Below, piece after piece: positions 11,039 to 22,529 of a stretch of 39,655 nucleotides of DNA; the stretch's first letter is position 1, and every line of letters begins with the position of its first letter. Source of the DNA: Octopus bimaculoides (lineage: Eukaryota); NCBI RefSeq assembly GCF_001194135.2, contig NC_068994.1, positions 27,489,600 to 27,529,254 on the forward strand, in the 5' to 3' direction. A model generated the notes under the pieces. It saw nothing but the letters and a program-made list of their open reading frames with translations. It was not told the origin of the DNA and did not search any database. The position numbers were made by a program, and so were the translations under genes.

Positions 11039-11156
11039 TGTATATGCCCACAAGTTCCCTTCAAAAGGATGGATTCTTGTAAAAGCTAATTTTTCCTCTA
11101 TCTTGACTCGACGGTGTTCCTCTGAAGACTATGAAAGCTGGAATCCTGCAGAAGAA
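11039..11156 (+). CDS. SORCS: SorCS-type receptor, exon D (phase 2 to 0), start of 10CC
   Basis: Acceptor cttctctattccAG at 11037-11038 and donor GTTGGT at 11157. Translates (S)VYAHKFPSKGWILVKANFSSILTRRCSSEDYESWNPAEE, which aligns by eye to SorCS VFGH..W.LVKVDY.SIF.RRC..EDY..W. Confidence 0.9.
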
Positions 11157-11499
11157 GTTGGTTCACATTCCTTTATATAGTTTATTTCTTAATCTTTTAT
11201 ATTTTATTCAACAAGAAGTTTGAAATCTTTAAAACACTTTTGTGGTATATTCACTTACTATCAGCTATGTCTTTATTGAACTGGTAGTAGCTTTTAGCAG
11301 ATAAAGGAACAGCAACATGTATTAGTAGCAATTCAAGAAATATGAGAAGTGGTTGAGTTCTTTGAGGGGTGAATGGTGTGTAGTCATAAAGACTTTACCA
11401 GTTTACTGTCTAGATGTTATAAGTTTTCAATGGACCAATTACTGACTCATAATATGTCAATAAGTGATAAGGAGTGTCTAATTCAGTGAAACAAATACC

Positions 11500-11695
11500 T
11501 ATTTCGTTATTGCCCACAAGGGGCTAAACATAGAGGGAACAAACAAGAACAGACGAACGGTACTTAATTTATCGACCCCGAAAGGATGAAAGGCAAAGTC
11601 GACCTCGGCGGAATTTGAACTCAGAACATAACGGCAGACGAAATACCGCTAAGCATTTCGCCCGGCGTGCTAACGTTTCTGCCAGCTCGCCGCCT
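11500..11695 (-). mobile_element. Young tRNA-derived SINE with 18-bp target-site duplication
   Basis: Reverse strand reads GGCGGCGAGCTGGCAGAAACGTTAGCACGCCGGGCG...GAGTTCAAATTCCGCCGAGGTCGAC. TTCAGTGAAACAAATACC occurs at both 11482-11499 and 11696-11713. Confidence 0.95.
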
Positions 11696-11819
11696 TTCAG
11701 TGAAACAAATACCACATAGTATTTTATTTGAAATAGAACACAACTCAGTTTCTTCAATAATGTTTACATCTATTACTGATATAAATATTTCTCAAACATA
11801 TGCAAATATATAGATATAT

Positions 11820-12720
11820 CATCATCATCATCGTTGTCGTCACCGTTATCATTATTTAACATCCATTTTCCATGCATGCATGAGTAGGACAGTTGACAGG
11901 AGCTGGCCAGGTAGAAGACTATTCCAGGCTTCTGTGTCTGTTTTGGCAGCATTTTTACAGTTGGATGCCCTTCCTAACACTAACCACTCTGCAGAGTGGA
12001 CTGAGTTCTTTTTATGCGGCACCAGCACAGGTGAGGTTAGTTTCAGCATGATTTTTACAGCTAGATGCCCTTCAAAATGCGAACCACTTTACAGTGTGGA
12101 CTGGATGCTTTTTACATGGGTCACCAAGTAACTTGCAAGACAAGGAATTTTGAGAGGGGAGAGAGCATTGGATGAGGGTATCTTGTATCAGATGATGAAA
12201 AGTTAGAGTGTGACAGAGAGATAGGCAGAAACATGTGTCTTTCTATAAAGGAGGTATATGGTTACCTGGCCAGAGAGAGAGAGAGAGAAAGAGAGAAGAG
12301 AAGGAGAGGAAGAGAGAGGTACAAGAAAGAGGACAGAAACAGGTGTGCTGATGTAAAGGAGATACCTGGTTACCTAGCCAGAGGGAAAAGCAAGAGAAGG
12401 AGAGAGAGTGATCAAGAATGAGGGTAGAAACAGGTGTGCTGCTGTAGAGGAGATACATCGCTACCCAGCCAGAGAGAAGAGCAAGGGAAAGAAAGAGAGA
12501 GTGAGAAACAGCAAAAGTGCAAGTGAGAGCAGGAGACAGATGGTGGTGAAGTCTCAGAGTATACTCACAAGTAATAAGGATCAGAGACTAGATGGGATAG
12601 TAGAGTAAGGAAGAGAGAGATAAATGGTGGTAATCGCCAGGGCATGACCTCAAGTAACAGAGGTCATAATATAGGCAACCAGGTATTGCCAAGAAGATGC
12701 AAGTAGCGAGTAGCAAGTGC
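11820..12720 (-). mobile_element. 3'UTR/tail portion of the RTE LINE family, inverted
   Basis: Reverse complement contains GTGGTTAGTGTTAGGAAGGGCATCCA...TGCCAAAACAGA and a (GAT)n tail, matching the 3' ends at 15220-15325 and 37520-37710. Includes three ~90-110 bp GA-rich subrepeats at 12230-12510. Confidence 0.7.
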
Positions 12721-12820
12721 AGTGTGTGTGTGTCTGTGTATGTATATATGTATGTTTGTATATGTGTATATATGTATGTATGTGTGTGTGTATATATATA
12801 TATTTATATATATATACATA

Positions 12821-13100
12821 TAGTGGTTAGGGTGTTGCACTCACGATTGTGAGATTGTGGGTTCGATTCCCAGATTGAGCATTGCATTGTGTTCTTGAGC
12901 AAAGTACTTCATTTCACGTTGCTCTGCAATCATTTCATCATATGACATGTGGCACATGGTGCACCTGTACAAGTAATGTCGATCTGATGGAGGGATTGAA
13001 TTTATGTGAACACAAACATTTGATCACTATAAACAAGTCACCTGTGTGGTTGTTCAGCAACAAATTGGTGAACCCTCATACATTGTCTAACAATAGGAGA
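12821..13100 (+). mobile_element. tRNA-derived SINE of a second family (CORE-like segment)
   Basis: A box TAGTGGTTAGG and B box GGTTCGATTCC, then GTGTTCTTGAGCAAAGTACTT. No tRNA cloverleaf 3' half. Confidence 0.75.
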
Positions 13101-13105
13101 GTCCA

Positions 13106-13146
<41 letters not shown>

Positions 13147-13612
13147 NNNNNNNNNNNNNNNNNNNNNNNNNNNNNNNNNNNNNNNNNNNNNNNNNNNNNN
13201 NNNNNNNNNNNNNNNNNNNNNNNNNNNNNNNNNNNNNNNNNNNNNNNNNNNNNNNNNNNNNNNNNNNNNNNNNNNNNNNNNNNNNNNNNNNNNNNNNNNN
13301 NNNNNNNNNNNNNNNNNNNNNNNNNNNNNNNNNNNNNNNNNNNNNNNNNNNNNNNNNNNNNNNNNNNNNNNNNNNNNNNNNNNNNNNNNNNNNNNNNNNN
13401 NNNNNNNNNNNNNNNNNNNNNNNNNNNNNNNNNNNNNNNNNNNNNNNNNNNNNNNNNNNNNNNNNNNNNNNNNNNNNNNNNNNNNNNNNNNNNNNNNNNN
13501 NNNNNNNNNNNNNNNNNNNNNNNNNNNNNNNNNNNNNNNNNNNNNNNNNNNNNNNNNNNNNNNNNNNNNNNNNNNNNNNNNNNNNNNNNNNNNNNNNNNN
13601 NNNNNNNNNNNN
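13147..13612. other. Assembly gap (466 N) within (TA)n
   Basis: Read directly. Confidence 1.
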
Positions 13613-13992
13613 ATATATATATATATATAATCATGGTAAAGAGGATTTAGAAATATGAGCAGTTTCTTTAGTCAGTGTATCTGTCAATACTGGCTAACAG
13701 GGAGCATAGAAATGGACAGTTTTTGTTAAAAGAAACCATTCAATACTGACAAAAATTCCAGAGAGAATTTATTAGTCATAGTGTATGATACAGTAAATCT
13801 AAGAATGGAGGTTATGGCATTACATTTATTCCTTTATTATAATCATTTCCACAACACAGAATTCAAACACATTATGAGTATAACTATTGATTATGTAATG
13901 TTACAACATATCACATATAATCCATGTTCGTCTTATTAGACAAAAGTAAAAAAGCAGAACATGAATCACATATAATCTTTTGTCTTTTATCA

Positions 13993-14159
13993 TTTACTTG
14001 TTTAAGTCATTAGACTGTGGTCATACTGGAGCACAGTCTTGAAGTGTTTTAGTCAAATAAATTGATCCCAGTACTTATTTTATTTTTTTGCTATTAATCC
14101 CTTTTGCCAAACCTCTAAGTTATGGCAATCTAAACACACTAACACCAGTTGTCAAATGG
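13993..14159 (-). mobile_element. SINE 3' fragment of a third family; opposite-strand copy at about 32836-33000
   Basis: The reverse complement TTGACAACTGGTGTTAGTGTGTTTAGATTGCCATAACTTAG aligns with TTGACAACCAGTGTTGAAGTTTTTACATCCCCATAACTTAG near 32840. Confidence 0.65.
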
Positions 14160-14213
14160 TGTTGGGTTGGGGGAGAAACACAGGCATAAACACACACACA
14201 CATGTGCATGCAT

Positions 14214-14273
<60 letters not shown>

Positions 14274-14274
14274 A

Positions 14275-14314
<40 letters not shown>

Positions 14315-14334
14315 CACTGATATAATATATACAA

Positions 14335-15325
14335 TGTACCCAGTGCAAGCTATAGACACATAAGTGTCATGGGAAGGTTAACAAAATATGTGACAGATGT
14401 GTAGGTATAATAAGCATTAAGAATGCACAGAGAATAGACTTCCTCAAATGTCCAAGGGATACTTAGAAATAGTAAATAGCTTCTGTTAGTTAGGCAACCA
14501 AGTTAGCAGTGGAGGAGGGAGTTCTGAAAGTGTAGCTGCTAGAATAAGAATGGGCTGGACAAGATCATTACCGTCATAGGTAATAAAGGGCCTCTCCCTC
14601 AGAGTGAAAGCAGATTGTATGATGCCTATATATGTACAACTATGCTGCATAGCAGTGAAACATGAGCTGACTACAGAGGACATTCAAATGCTTGAAAGAA
14701 AGGAAGCCAGCATGCTCCACTGGATGGGTAATGTCAGTGTGCACATATGATAGAGTGTAAATAATTTAAGAGAAAAATTGGGTATAAGAGGCATCAGATG
14801 TAGTGTGCAAGAGAGGAGACTGAACTGGTATGATCATGTGATGCATATGGATGGGGACAGTGGCATAAAGAAGTGCCAATTTCTAATTATGGAGGGAACC
14901 TGTGGAAGGGGTAGCTTAAGAAGACATGAGATGAAGTTGTGAGAAAGGATTTTCAGACATTGGGCCTCACAGAGGAGATGACAAGGGACCGAGATATCTG
15001 GTGATTTACTGTGCTTGAGAGAACATGTTGAGCTAAGTAAAATAGTAGCCATCCATACATACAGGTATGCCTTTTTACAGCCATACCCTCCATTTCCTCT
15101 CTCAGCTGAGAGGTCTTTGTCTTGTGGATTCACGGTTGCTGGTGCTACATAAAAAATGTTCGTTTTGGTGTCATGTAAAAAGCACCCATTTCAGTGTCAT
15201 GTAGAAAATACTCATCTCAGTGCCATGTACAAAAGCAACCAGTACACTTTGTAAAGTGGTTGACTTTAGGAAGGGCATCCAGCCATGGAAACCATGCCAA
15301 AACAGATAACTGGAGCCTGGGTAGC
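14335..15325 (+). mobile_element. 5'-truncated RTE LINE (ORF2 C-terminus and 3'UTR)
   Basis: CTQCKL*THKC...CDRC; LEIVNSFC*LGNQVSSGGGSSESVAARIRMGW; RLNWYDHVMHMDGDSGIKKC; 3'UTR TTAGGAAGGGCATCCAGCC. Confidence 0.88.
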
Positions 15326-15501
15326 TCGTCATAATGTAGAGAAGTTCAAAGGTAGAATGATTAAAAGTGGAGGGCTGGCTATATTAGAGGAAGGAAGTAG
15401 ACGGGTCAGTTGGGTTATGGGGAGTGTTAAGACAGGGAATGGTGAGAGGAGGTAGGAGAGCTAGTTCAGGAAGAGGGAGGGGTTAATAATGAGGGTATTA
15501 A

Positions 15502-15717
15502 CCTTTTTGTTTCCATATTTCTGTTCAGATTCTCTGTTTCAATTGATTTTAAATATACCAAAGAATTTAGTAAAATAACTTAGTTATCATTAAGTTAGTG
15601 TTAGGAACATAAATTATGAATAAGGTTTGGTGGAAGATTTTAATTCAGAACTTTTGAAAACAGTACATTTGTATTGTAGAGCCAGAGGCGGTTTCAGTCG
15701 GGTTGGTATCAAAAGGG
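15502..15717. mobile_element. piggyBac-like MITE (216 bp)
   Basis: ttaa|CCTTTTTGTTTCCA ... TGGTATCAAAAGGG|tcaa: imperfect TIRs flanked by TTAA-like sites. Confidence 0.65.
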
Positions 15718-15989
15718 TCAAGAGAGGTTGTAGTAGAAGTGGAGAATTGGGAGATGAGTGGGAGGGGTGGGATAGATAGTAATTGAAGGGTGATCAGTTT
15801 TTTGTTGGGCTTCTACACATTCTACAAATTTCAAAATGTTCAGTCATTGATATCATATTAGCAGAGGACTGAAACAATATCACAAATTATAAATATTTGA
15901 CAAATAAAGTAGAATATGTTGTACTTGCTGTTGTTATTGTTTTATTAAATTTTATTGTTTTCCTTTTTTTTTCTATTTTACATATGCAG

Positions 15990-16126
15990 GTGTCCAAAGG
16001 ATGCATCCTTGGTAGGAAACTGATTTTCGAGAGGAAGAAACAATTCTCTAAATGTAATAATGGCAGGGATTATGAGAGACCAATCAACATCACAGTATGT
16101 CAATGTACAAAGCAGGATTTTGAATG
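15990..16126 (+). CDS. SORCS: SorCS-type receptor, exon E (phase 0 to 2), 10CC
   Basis: Acceptor catatgcAG at 15988-15989 and donor GTGAGT at 16127. Translates VSKGCILGRKLIFERKKQFSKCNNGRDYERPINITVCQCTKQDFE+tg, showing the C.LG and C.C...DF.C 10CC pattern. Confidence 0.95.
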
Positions 16127-17499
16127 GTGAGTTAGATTTTACACAGCTGAATTATACTAGTGATACAGTCTCTAAATAGTTGCTTAGCCTGCTAGAAATA
16201 GCTACCAAATATCCTTACAAATCACATGCTACTTTCCTATATAAGCATGAAACCCACAAGATAATTTAGTCCTACATTTCTTTTGAAAAGATGATAGGGT
16301 CATGATTGGAATGCCTTATGTCATAGGTCTACTTGAGCAGGATTGACTTGGAGTTTAACACCAAAAACCACAATTTGTGAGTGGTAAGTCCTCATCTCCA
16401 ATGGATATAAAAGACATAATAGAAACTGATTACAGCTCCCATATGTTTTTTTACTCGTGCTTTTCCTTGTAACACTTGTTCTCATATCTCATTATACTTC
16501 TAAAGACTAAATTAATAAATTGGTAAAAGTAGGAGTAGAACAAGATTATTTTGTTAGCCAAGCAAACTGAACAAAGGTTACTTTGCACAGTGTATCATAG
16601 ACTAGCTACAGTAAAGTTTGAATTACTGACCATATAATCCATAATCAACACCTTCACCTCAGCAACGTTGTAGCATTTAACAAGAATGCAACAATGTTTT
16701 AAAATGGCATCAAACATATAGTCTCTTTCAGATATGAAAACACACAATACAAGTAGATACTGGTCATTATTTTAGGTATATTTTCATCTTGAAAGGTAAA
16801 TTTTTCTCAGAGTCTACACACAGAATTCCTCTTTTTACAGTTTGGTAGGTTTCTAGGTTTCACCAGTCTAGCTCCATCAGATGTCATTCAGCATGGTATT
16901 GTCTCTAGGAGCTTATAAATATTAGAAATGTCCAATTATCATTGACTTACTTGGAGGAGCATTTGGAAATTTAAAATTGCAAGTTTAATACTTTAAAACA
17001 AAAATATCAATATGGCCTCCCAAATTGAGGGAAGCAATAACTGTTGGAATAGCTTTTATGACATTGTTTTCCCCACCACTTGTCAATGTGGTCAAAAAAT
17101 GAATCACAGACAGCAGTAGTAACAGAAGCAGCAGCATCAACAACAACAGCAACAGAAGTAGCAGCAGCAACAACAGCAACAGAAGCAGCGGCAAGCAAGA
17201 TATATTTAAAAATGACCCAAGCATGACCTCCACTACCATCTCCAACACCACTGCTGCTGCAGCCACCACCACCATAAACATTAATTGGTAAAAGTACTAC
17301 AACAGTCTTTATGTTTTCTAAGCAGAATGGGAGTGGCTTCATACAAGCTTGTCAGAAAATGGAAAAAGTTGAGTTGACAAAAAAAAATGTTGAGTGACAC
17401 TAATTTGCACTTAACAAATGATGGCAGCACAGTCTTTCTTAATATACTGGGGAAAGTGCAAGAAGACACAAAGGAAAAAAGAAAATTATATATAAATGA

Positions 17500-20400
17500 A
17501 TATCATTAAAGACGAGGAGACTGGAGCAAGTGACACAGGCCCAGATTGAAAAATACCTGAGACCAGTCTGTGGTTTAAAATCTTATTTCACCTAAGAGAG
17601 GTAAGATTCTCAACTGAAGAATCACCCAATGAAAATTACATAACAACTCTCAAAACTGAGGGATTATGGCTAATTATGATATACCTTGGTTAGAAGATTG
17701 TTAAAATAAAGGTAGCAGAAGTATCACCAGAAGTGGACATCTCTTTACTGGTAGCAGCCATATTATACAGTATAGAAGACAATAAAAATTCTGCAAGTCC
17801 ACAAAATGGGAGAGAAGAATTGGTTTGGTACAGGCATAGAAGCATGGTTACCTCCTGACCTGATCAGTATGAAAACCATCCCTGATCTGATCAACATACT
17901 TAACCAAACCCAGTTATCTGTAGCAGCAGAGGACAAAGAGCTGAGATGCCACATTTGTGGTAAAACAAGCCATTTAAATACTTTCTACCCCATGAAAAGA
18001 AAAGAAAACCCCCACTGCTACAGACAACAACAACATCAAAAACAACAGTAGCACCACCACCAACAACAACATCAATAGCATCAGTACCAAAACCAGCAGC
18101 ATCCAGAACCAAAACATCATCAACAGAAAGAGCAGCAAGAGAAATCCATTCAGCAACATCAGCAGCAAGCAATGGTACCACACCCAAGAGAAACTATAAC
18201 AACGCCTACACCATTGAAACCAAGAGAAGCTTCACCCACACCAGTCAACCAGACTACTAGCCTCAAAATGTGTGACTGTGCAGACATACCTCTCCCTTCT
18301 GCCACAGATTATATTGACTGTACAACCTCATGTAGCAAGGAAAACAGTTTTGGAAATCTGCCAGAATGGATCTTCATAATAGTAAAAATTAAAAAATTAC
18401 AAAATGAAAAGTGCAGTACAAGACTAAAAACAAAGAGATTCGAGGAGGAGATGTGGAAACCAACAGACCATCACATACTCACACACCCTCCACCAATGCA
18501 ATTACAAACATCTCCAACAAGATAAATACCACCAACATTATAAGCACCTCAACAAATGAAAACGCATAGCAATCCAGGCCAACAGCATGAACAGCACTTC
18601 CAAGGCATCACTAATTCATGACCATATACACAAACAACTACCTAATAAAACATTCAAAAACACACAGACATTACTCTAAATGAATACATCGCACCACCAC
18701 CCCATAACACCCCTATTGACATAAAAATTACAAACACAATGCAATAAACTTGCAACAAATTGAAAGCAAAATATCTCAAAGGAATGGGAAGTTTCCATGG
18801 GACCATTAATAAAAGGCTCTCCAAAGAAATGATTGTAAAGACATCCACAAAAACTTCTGTCTCTCCACAGAAATGGGGTGATTTTCTTCATTCTCCTTCT
18901 TTCTGACAAACATAGCCTTACTCAGAATAGGCTGTATAAATGTACATTGCCTGGTTGCTGCTTATGCTCTGACAGGAGCAGTACAACCAGATTTCTTCAG
19001 ATGTTTGGAAGTTTTCCTAGGAACATTTCAACCTTTAATGCTAATGGGTGACTGGAACACTATCTTGGACACACATTTAAGTTGTGTGGGATTAGCTATT
19101 AGAAGAGTGGGTTGTAAACTGTCTGGATTTCCCAAATGTGCTGGTGTGAACATGGACAAACCATATTGGGTCATCTAGGTCATATTTAGATAGAGTATTC
19201 TATAGGCCAGTAGGGAAGAATGGTATAAGTTGTACACTTTTTAAATTGTCAGCGATACGGACCACAAGTTTGTGATCTGCATGGTTGACTTAGCTTTCAT
19301 AGGCAGGGACCCAGTTACTCAAAGCTGAATGTGTCACTACTGGCATGTCAATGTTACAGAGAGCTGATTAGCAAATTAGGTAAGATGGCATTGACAGATT
19401 CAATCATCAACAACAAATCAGTCAGGCTTAGCAAAGCATTAGCAACAGAAAGGATTAGAATAGAGAGAAATGTAGAAACTAGAAGAGGTACTTAGGCAAG
19501 GTATTGCAACCAATGTGCTGGTGGCAAGATTAGCCTTAGACCAATTCTTCAATGCTAAGCATGAAGGATGTATGGTCAAAGTTAAGGTGCATGCTCTAAG
19601 AAATGAGGGCATGAAAGCCACTCAATGAGTCCTAGTTACAAAGGCACAATAGGCAACAAAGCCACAATTTGGTTTTTGGTGGACCAAAATGGGTGTACAG
19701 TACTCAAGTCCAAGCAGATATGTGCAACAATTATACAGCTCTTCACCCAACTGTTTGAGATGAATGGCAGTCCAGAATGCAAGATGGACTTTAGTGCCGA
19801 CTTTGACAGTATGCCATGACTCTTGGCAAGGGGGTGGAGCATAGCAAGCTGCTGATAACAGCCATGAAAATATGGTATGCGATGATGGGCTGCATGGGGA
19901 GACGGGCATACTTGGTTTGGATTGTCTGTCCTGTGCACTTCACTTATATATGCCAGACTTGTTTGGTGGCCTCTTAGCAGATATCTACGATAACTGGCAG
20001 CAGAACAGGAGAATTCCTAGTTCTATGAGTCAAGGAGCAATGGCACTGCTAAGAAAGGACCCAAACAAGGGGGATCAAATAGAAAAGTTTAAGCCCATAA
20101 TGCTGCTGAATGCAGATTTCAAAATTTTGGCCAAGGTGTTTGCAAAAGGATTGGTGCATGTCAAGGATCTAATTGGTGATGTACAAATATGAGCCATCCC
20201 AAGCAGATTCATCCATAACAACCTCCACCCCATGCAATACATCATAGACAGGGTGGGTAAAGAAGCAAGCATGGGTCGGGCCCTGATCAGTTTGGATTAG
20301 TCTAAAGCCTTCGATAGGGTCAACCACCAATACATGGCAGCTGTTCTCATGGTGGCTTGTGTAAGTCCTGTTGTCCATGGCTGGATTGCTGCAATGTACA

Positions 20401-21567
20401 GTGACTTCTGCTTGGTAGTTCAGGTGAATGATTACCAATCAGAACTATCCAGCATCATGTGCTCGGTCCATCAAGGGTGTCCACTCTCATCTCTTTTGTA
20501 TGTACTGACTCTAGAGCCACTACTGTAGAAATTGGGGGTGTTGAGAGACATCCCATATGAACTAGGAAATGAGAAAACCAAATACCAAGCACATAGACCT
20601 GATCAGCACTGCTCTAAAAGAATACAAAGTGGTATCAGGAACAAAAATTAACCAAGAAAAGTCAGTGGGCCTGCAGCTCAGCACCCAGAGAAGCAGGTCC
20701 ATGCACTTCAATAACATTGTGGGATGCTAGACAGAGGAACCAGTTAAATTGCTCACTATCTGGTTTGGTCTGGATCTCCATATGGAAAAGAACTGGGATG
20801 AGGTGATGAGCAAGGTGAGTAATCTCACCCAGAAAAAAAAAAGCTATCCCTGAAGGTTGGGCCGAAATGGCAAATGCTTACATTGCCTTCATTATATATT
20901 ACTGCCTGACCATGGAAGTGCTGTCAGTTGGCTTTGCCTGCGATGCATGCAGAGTGAAGAAACTGTTCAGTATGCTCTCGTCCACTACCCAAGCATTGCT
21001 GACTTGTGGGTTTATCATGAACACCTGCTGTTGTGTGTAGGATATATGTGGCTATTGGCTGAGTCCATTGTGAAGATTGTCCTGCCACCTTTCTTTGGCT
21101 GAGAAGGCCTGGTAGCCTTAGCAGATGTTGTGTGGTGAACCAGATTGAAAGGGTTGAACTCAGATATTTTCCTCTTTGGCCAAGCCCTCATCAATTTTTA
21201 CAAGTTTCACTTGAAAATGAAAGTGAAGGTTGAGAGGGAAGTGCTGCCTCCTAGTAATTTTGTTGAAAGGTGAGTGAATGTTGCAAGAATGATCTGAATA
21301 AATGGGCCTTCTCTAAGCATGTACCTGTAGGTTGAAGGAGGACGTTATGGAGAGGGCACTTGCCCTTGTGGTCAGAGTAACTGTGGTTTTATGGGATCTC
21401 CACAAGCAGCTTTAGAAAATCCCCCACTTTTGTGGAATTATTCCTTGTTATAATTTTATATTGTTACTGTTTTTTATTCTTTACATGCCTTTTATGTAAC
21501 CCTACACTGTATTGTCATGTACCATCCCCAATGTTTTTTGTGAACCCTTAGTCATTAATAAAAAGAA
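17500..21567 (+). mobile_element. Tx1/L1-group LINE, near full length, dead
   Basis: ORF1-like region with degenerate knuckle CHICGKTSHL; APE remnants (GD*NTILD, DHKFV); RT KFKPIMLLNADFKILAKV, LD*SKAFDRVNH, VHQGCPLSSLLYVLTLEPLL with the YADD region deleted; C-terminal CLRC..EETVQYAL; ends AATAAAAAGAA then (TAT)n. The 5' boundary is approximate. Confidence 0.88.
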
Positions 21568-21568
21568 C

Positions 21569-21616
<48 letters not shown>

Positions 21617-21643
21617 GATTATTATTATTATCATCATCATCAT
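21568..21643. repeat. (TAT)n(CAT)n microsatellite shared between two LINE 3' ends
   Basis: Read directly. Confidence 0.95.
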
Positions 21644-21914
21644 GAAAATTCTTAGCTTATTTTGATGGGTATGATGGAAAGTGTCAGCTGCCCACAGCCA
21701 GCAGACACTTGTTTACTCCCATGCTTCAAGAATCCTGCAGAGAATTCTTGCAGTTCCAAGCAATGATGATTTTTATAGGTGTTCTATCTTTACATTTGTG
21801 CCAATTATTTTGAGCCACGTTGGTAGTTGAGTGCTGATACTTCCAAGTGCACCAATCATTACTGGTATCACATCAATTTTCTTCATTGCCCACAACCTGC
21901 ATATTTCCCACTTC
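21644..21914 (-). mobile_element. R4/Dong-like LINE extreme 3' fragment
   Basis: Reverse strand: KWEICRLWAMKKIDVIPVMIGALGSI...SSLLGTARILCRILEA. Confidence 0.85.
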
Positions 21915-21940
21915 AATTCTACTATCATTAATAATATTAT

Positions 21941-22350
21941 GGTAGCAGATTGGCAAAATTGCTAATGCTTTGGACAAAATGGTTTCCATTACTTTGTTAC
22001 AAACTTTTACATTCTGAGTTCAAACCACCAAGATAAATTTTGCATTTCATCCTTCTGAGATTGGTGAAATAAAGTACCAGTCAAGCACTAAGGAAGGTTT
22101 AAATGACTAACTCCTTCCTCTAAACGCCAGGCCCTGTGCCTATGTTACAAATATTTACTATTGTTATTTAGGGTGAGAGATTGGTAGAATCATTTGAATG
22201 TCTGAAAAAATGTCTCACATTGCCTTTACATTCTGAGTTCTAATTTCACTAATGCCAACAGCATCTAGGTCAATAAAATAAACTACAGGACTGGATAGTA
22301 TCAATTAACATCTTCCCCTTAAATTACTGGTCTTGTATCTATATTAACTC
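21941..22350 (+). mobile_element. Two decayed tandem copies of the main SINE
   Basis: TTCTGAGTTCAAA..TTTGCATTTCATCCTT..AAGTACCAGTCAAGCAC..TGTGCCTAT, repeated twice. Confidence 0.75.
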
Positions 22351-22412
22351 CTTTCTTTTGCTGCTGCTAGAAATACTATTACTACTACTACTACTATTGG
22401 TTTCTTTTGCAG

Positions 22413-22529
22413 TGACTTTGGTTATGAGCGTGAAACTAAAGAAGAAGAATGTGTACCTGCCAGGTGGTACAACCCTGACAGACCAGTTTTTGATTGCCCA
22501 GAGAACCAGTATTTCAATAAGTCACATGG
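22413..22529 (+). CDS. SORCS: SorCS-type receptor, exon F (phase 2 to 2), 10CC
   Basis: Acceptor tttcttttgcAG at 22411-22412 and donor GTGAGT at 22530. Translates (C)DFGYERETKEEECVPARWYNPDRPVFDCPENQYFNKSH+gg, matching SorCS CDYGYER...C.PA.W.NP....DC...Q.Y..S.G. Confidence 0.95.

Noticed and set aside
12821-12880. tRNA gene
   Set aside because: A and B boxes are present but there is no acceptor stem or cloverleaf, and it continues into a SINE body.
12882-13658. Longest ORFs in the track (258, 198 and 181 aa; also those at 8855-9168)
   Set aside because: Artefacts of reading through N gaps.
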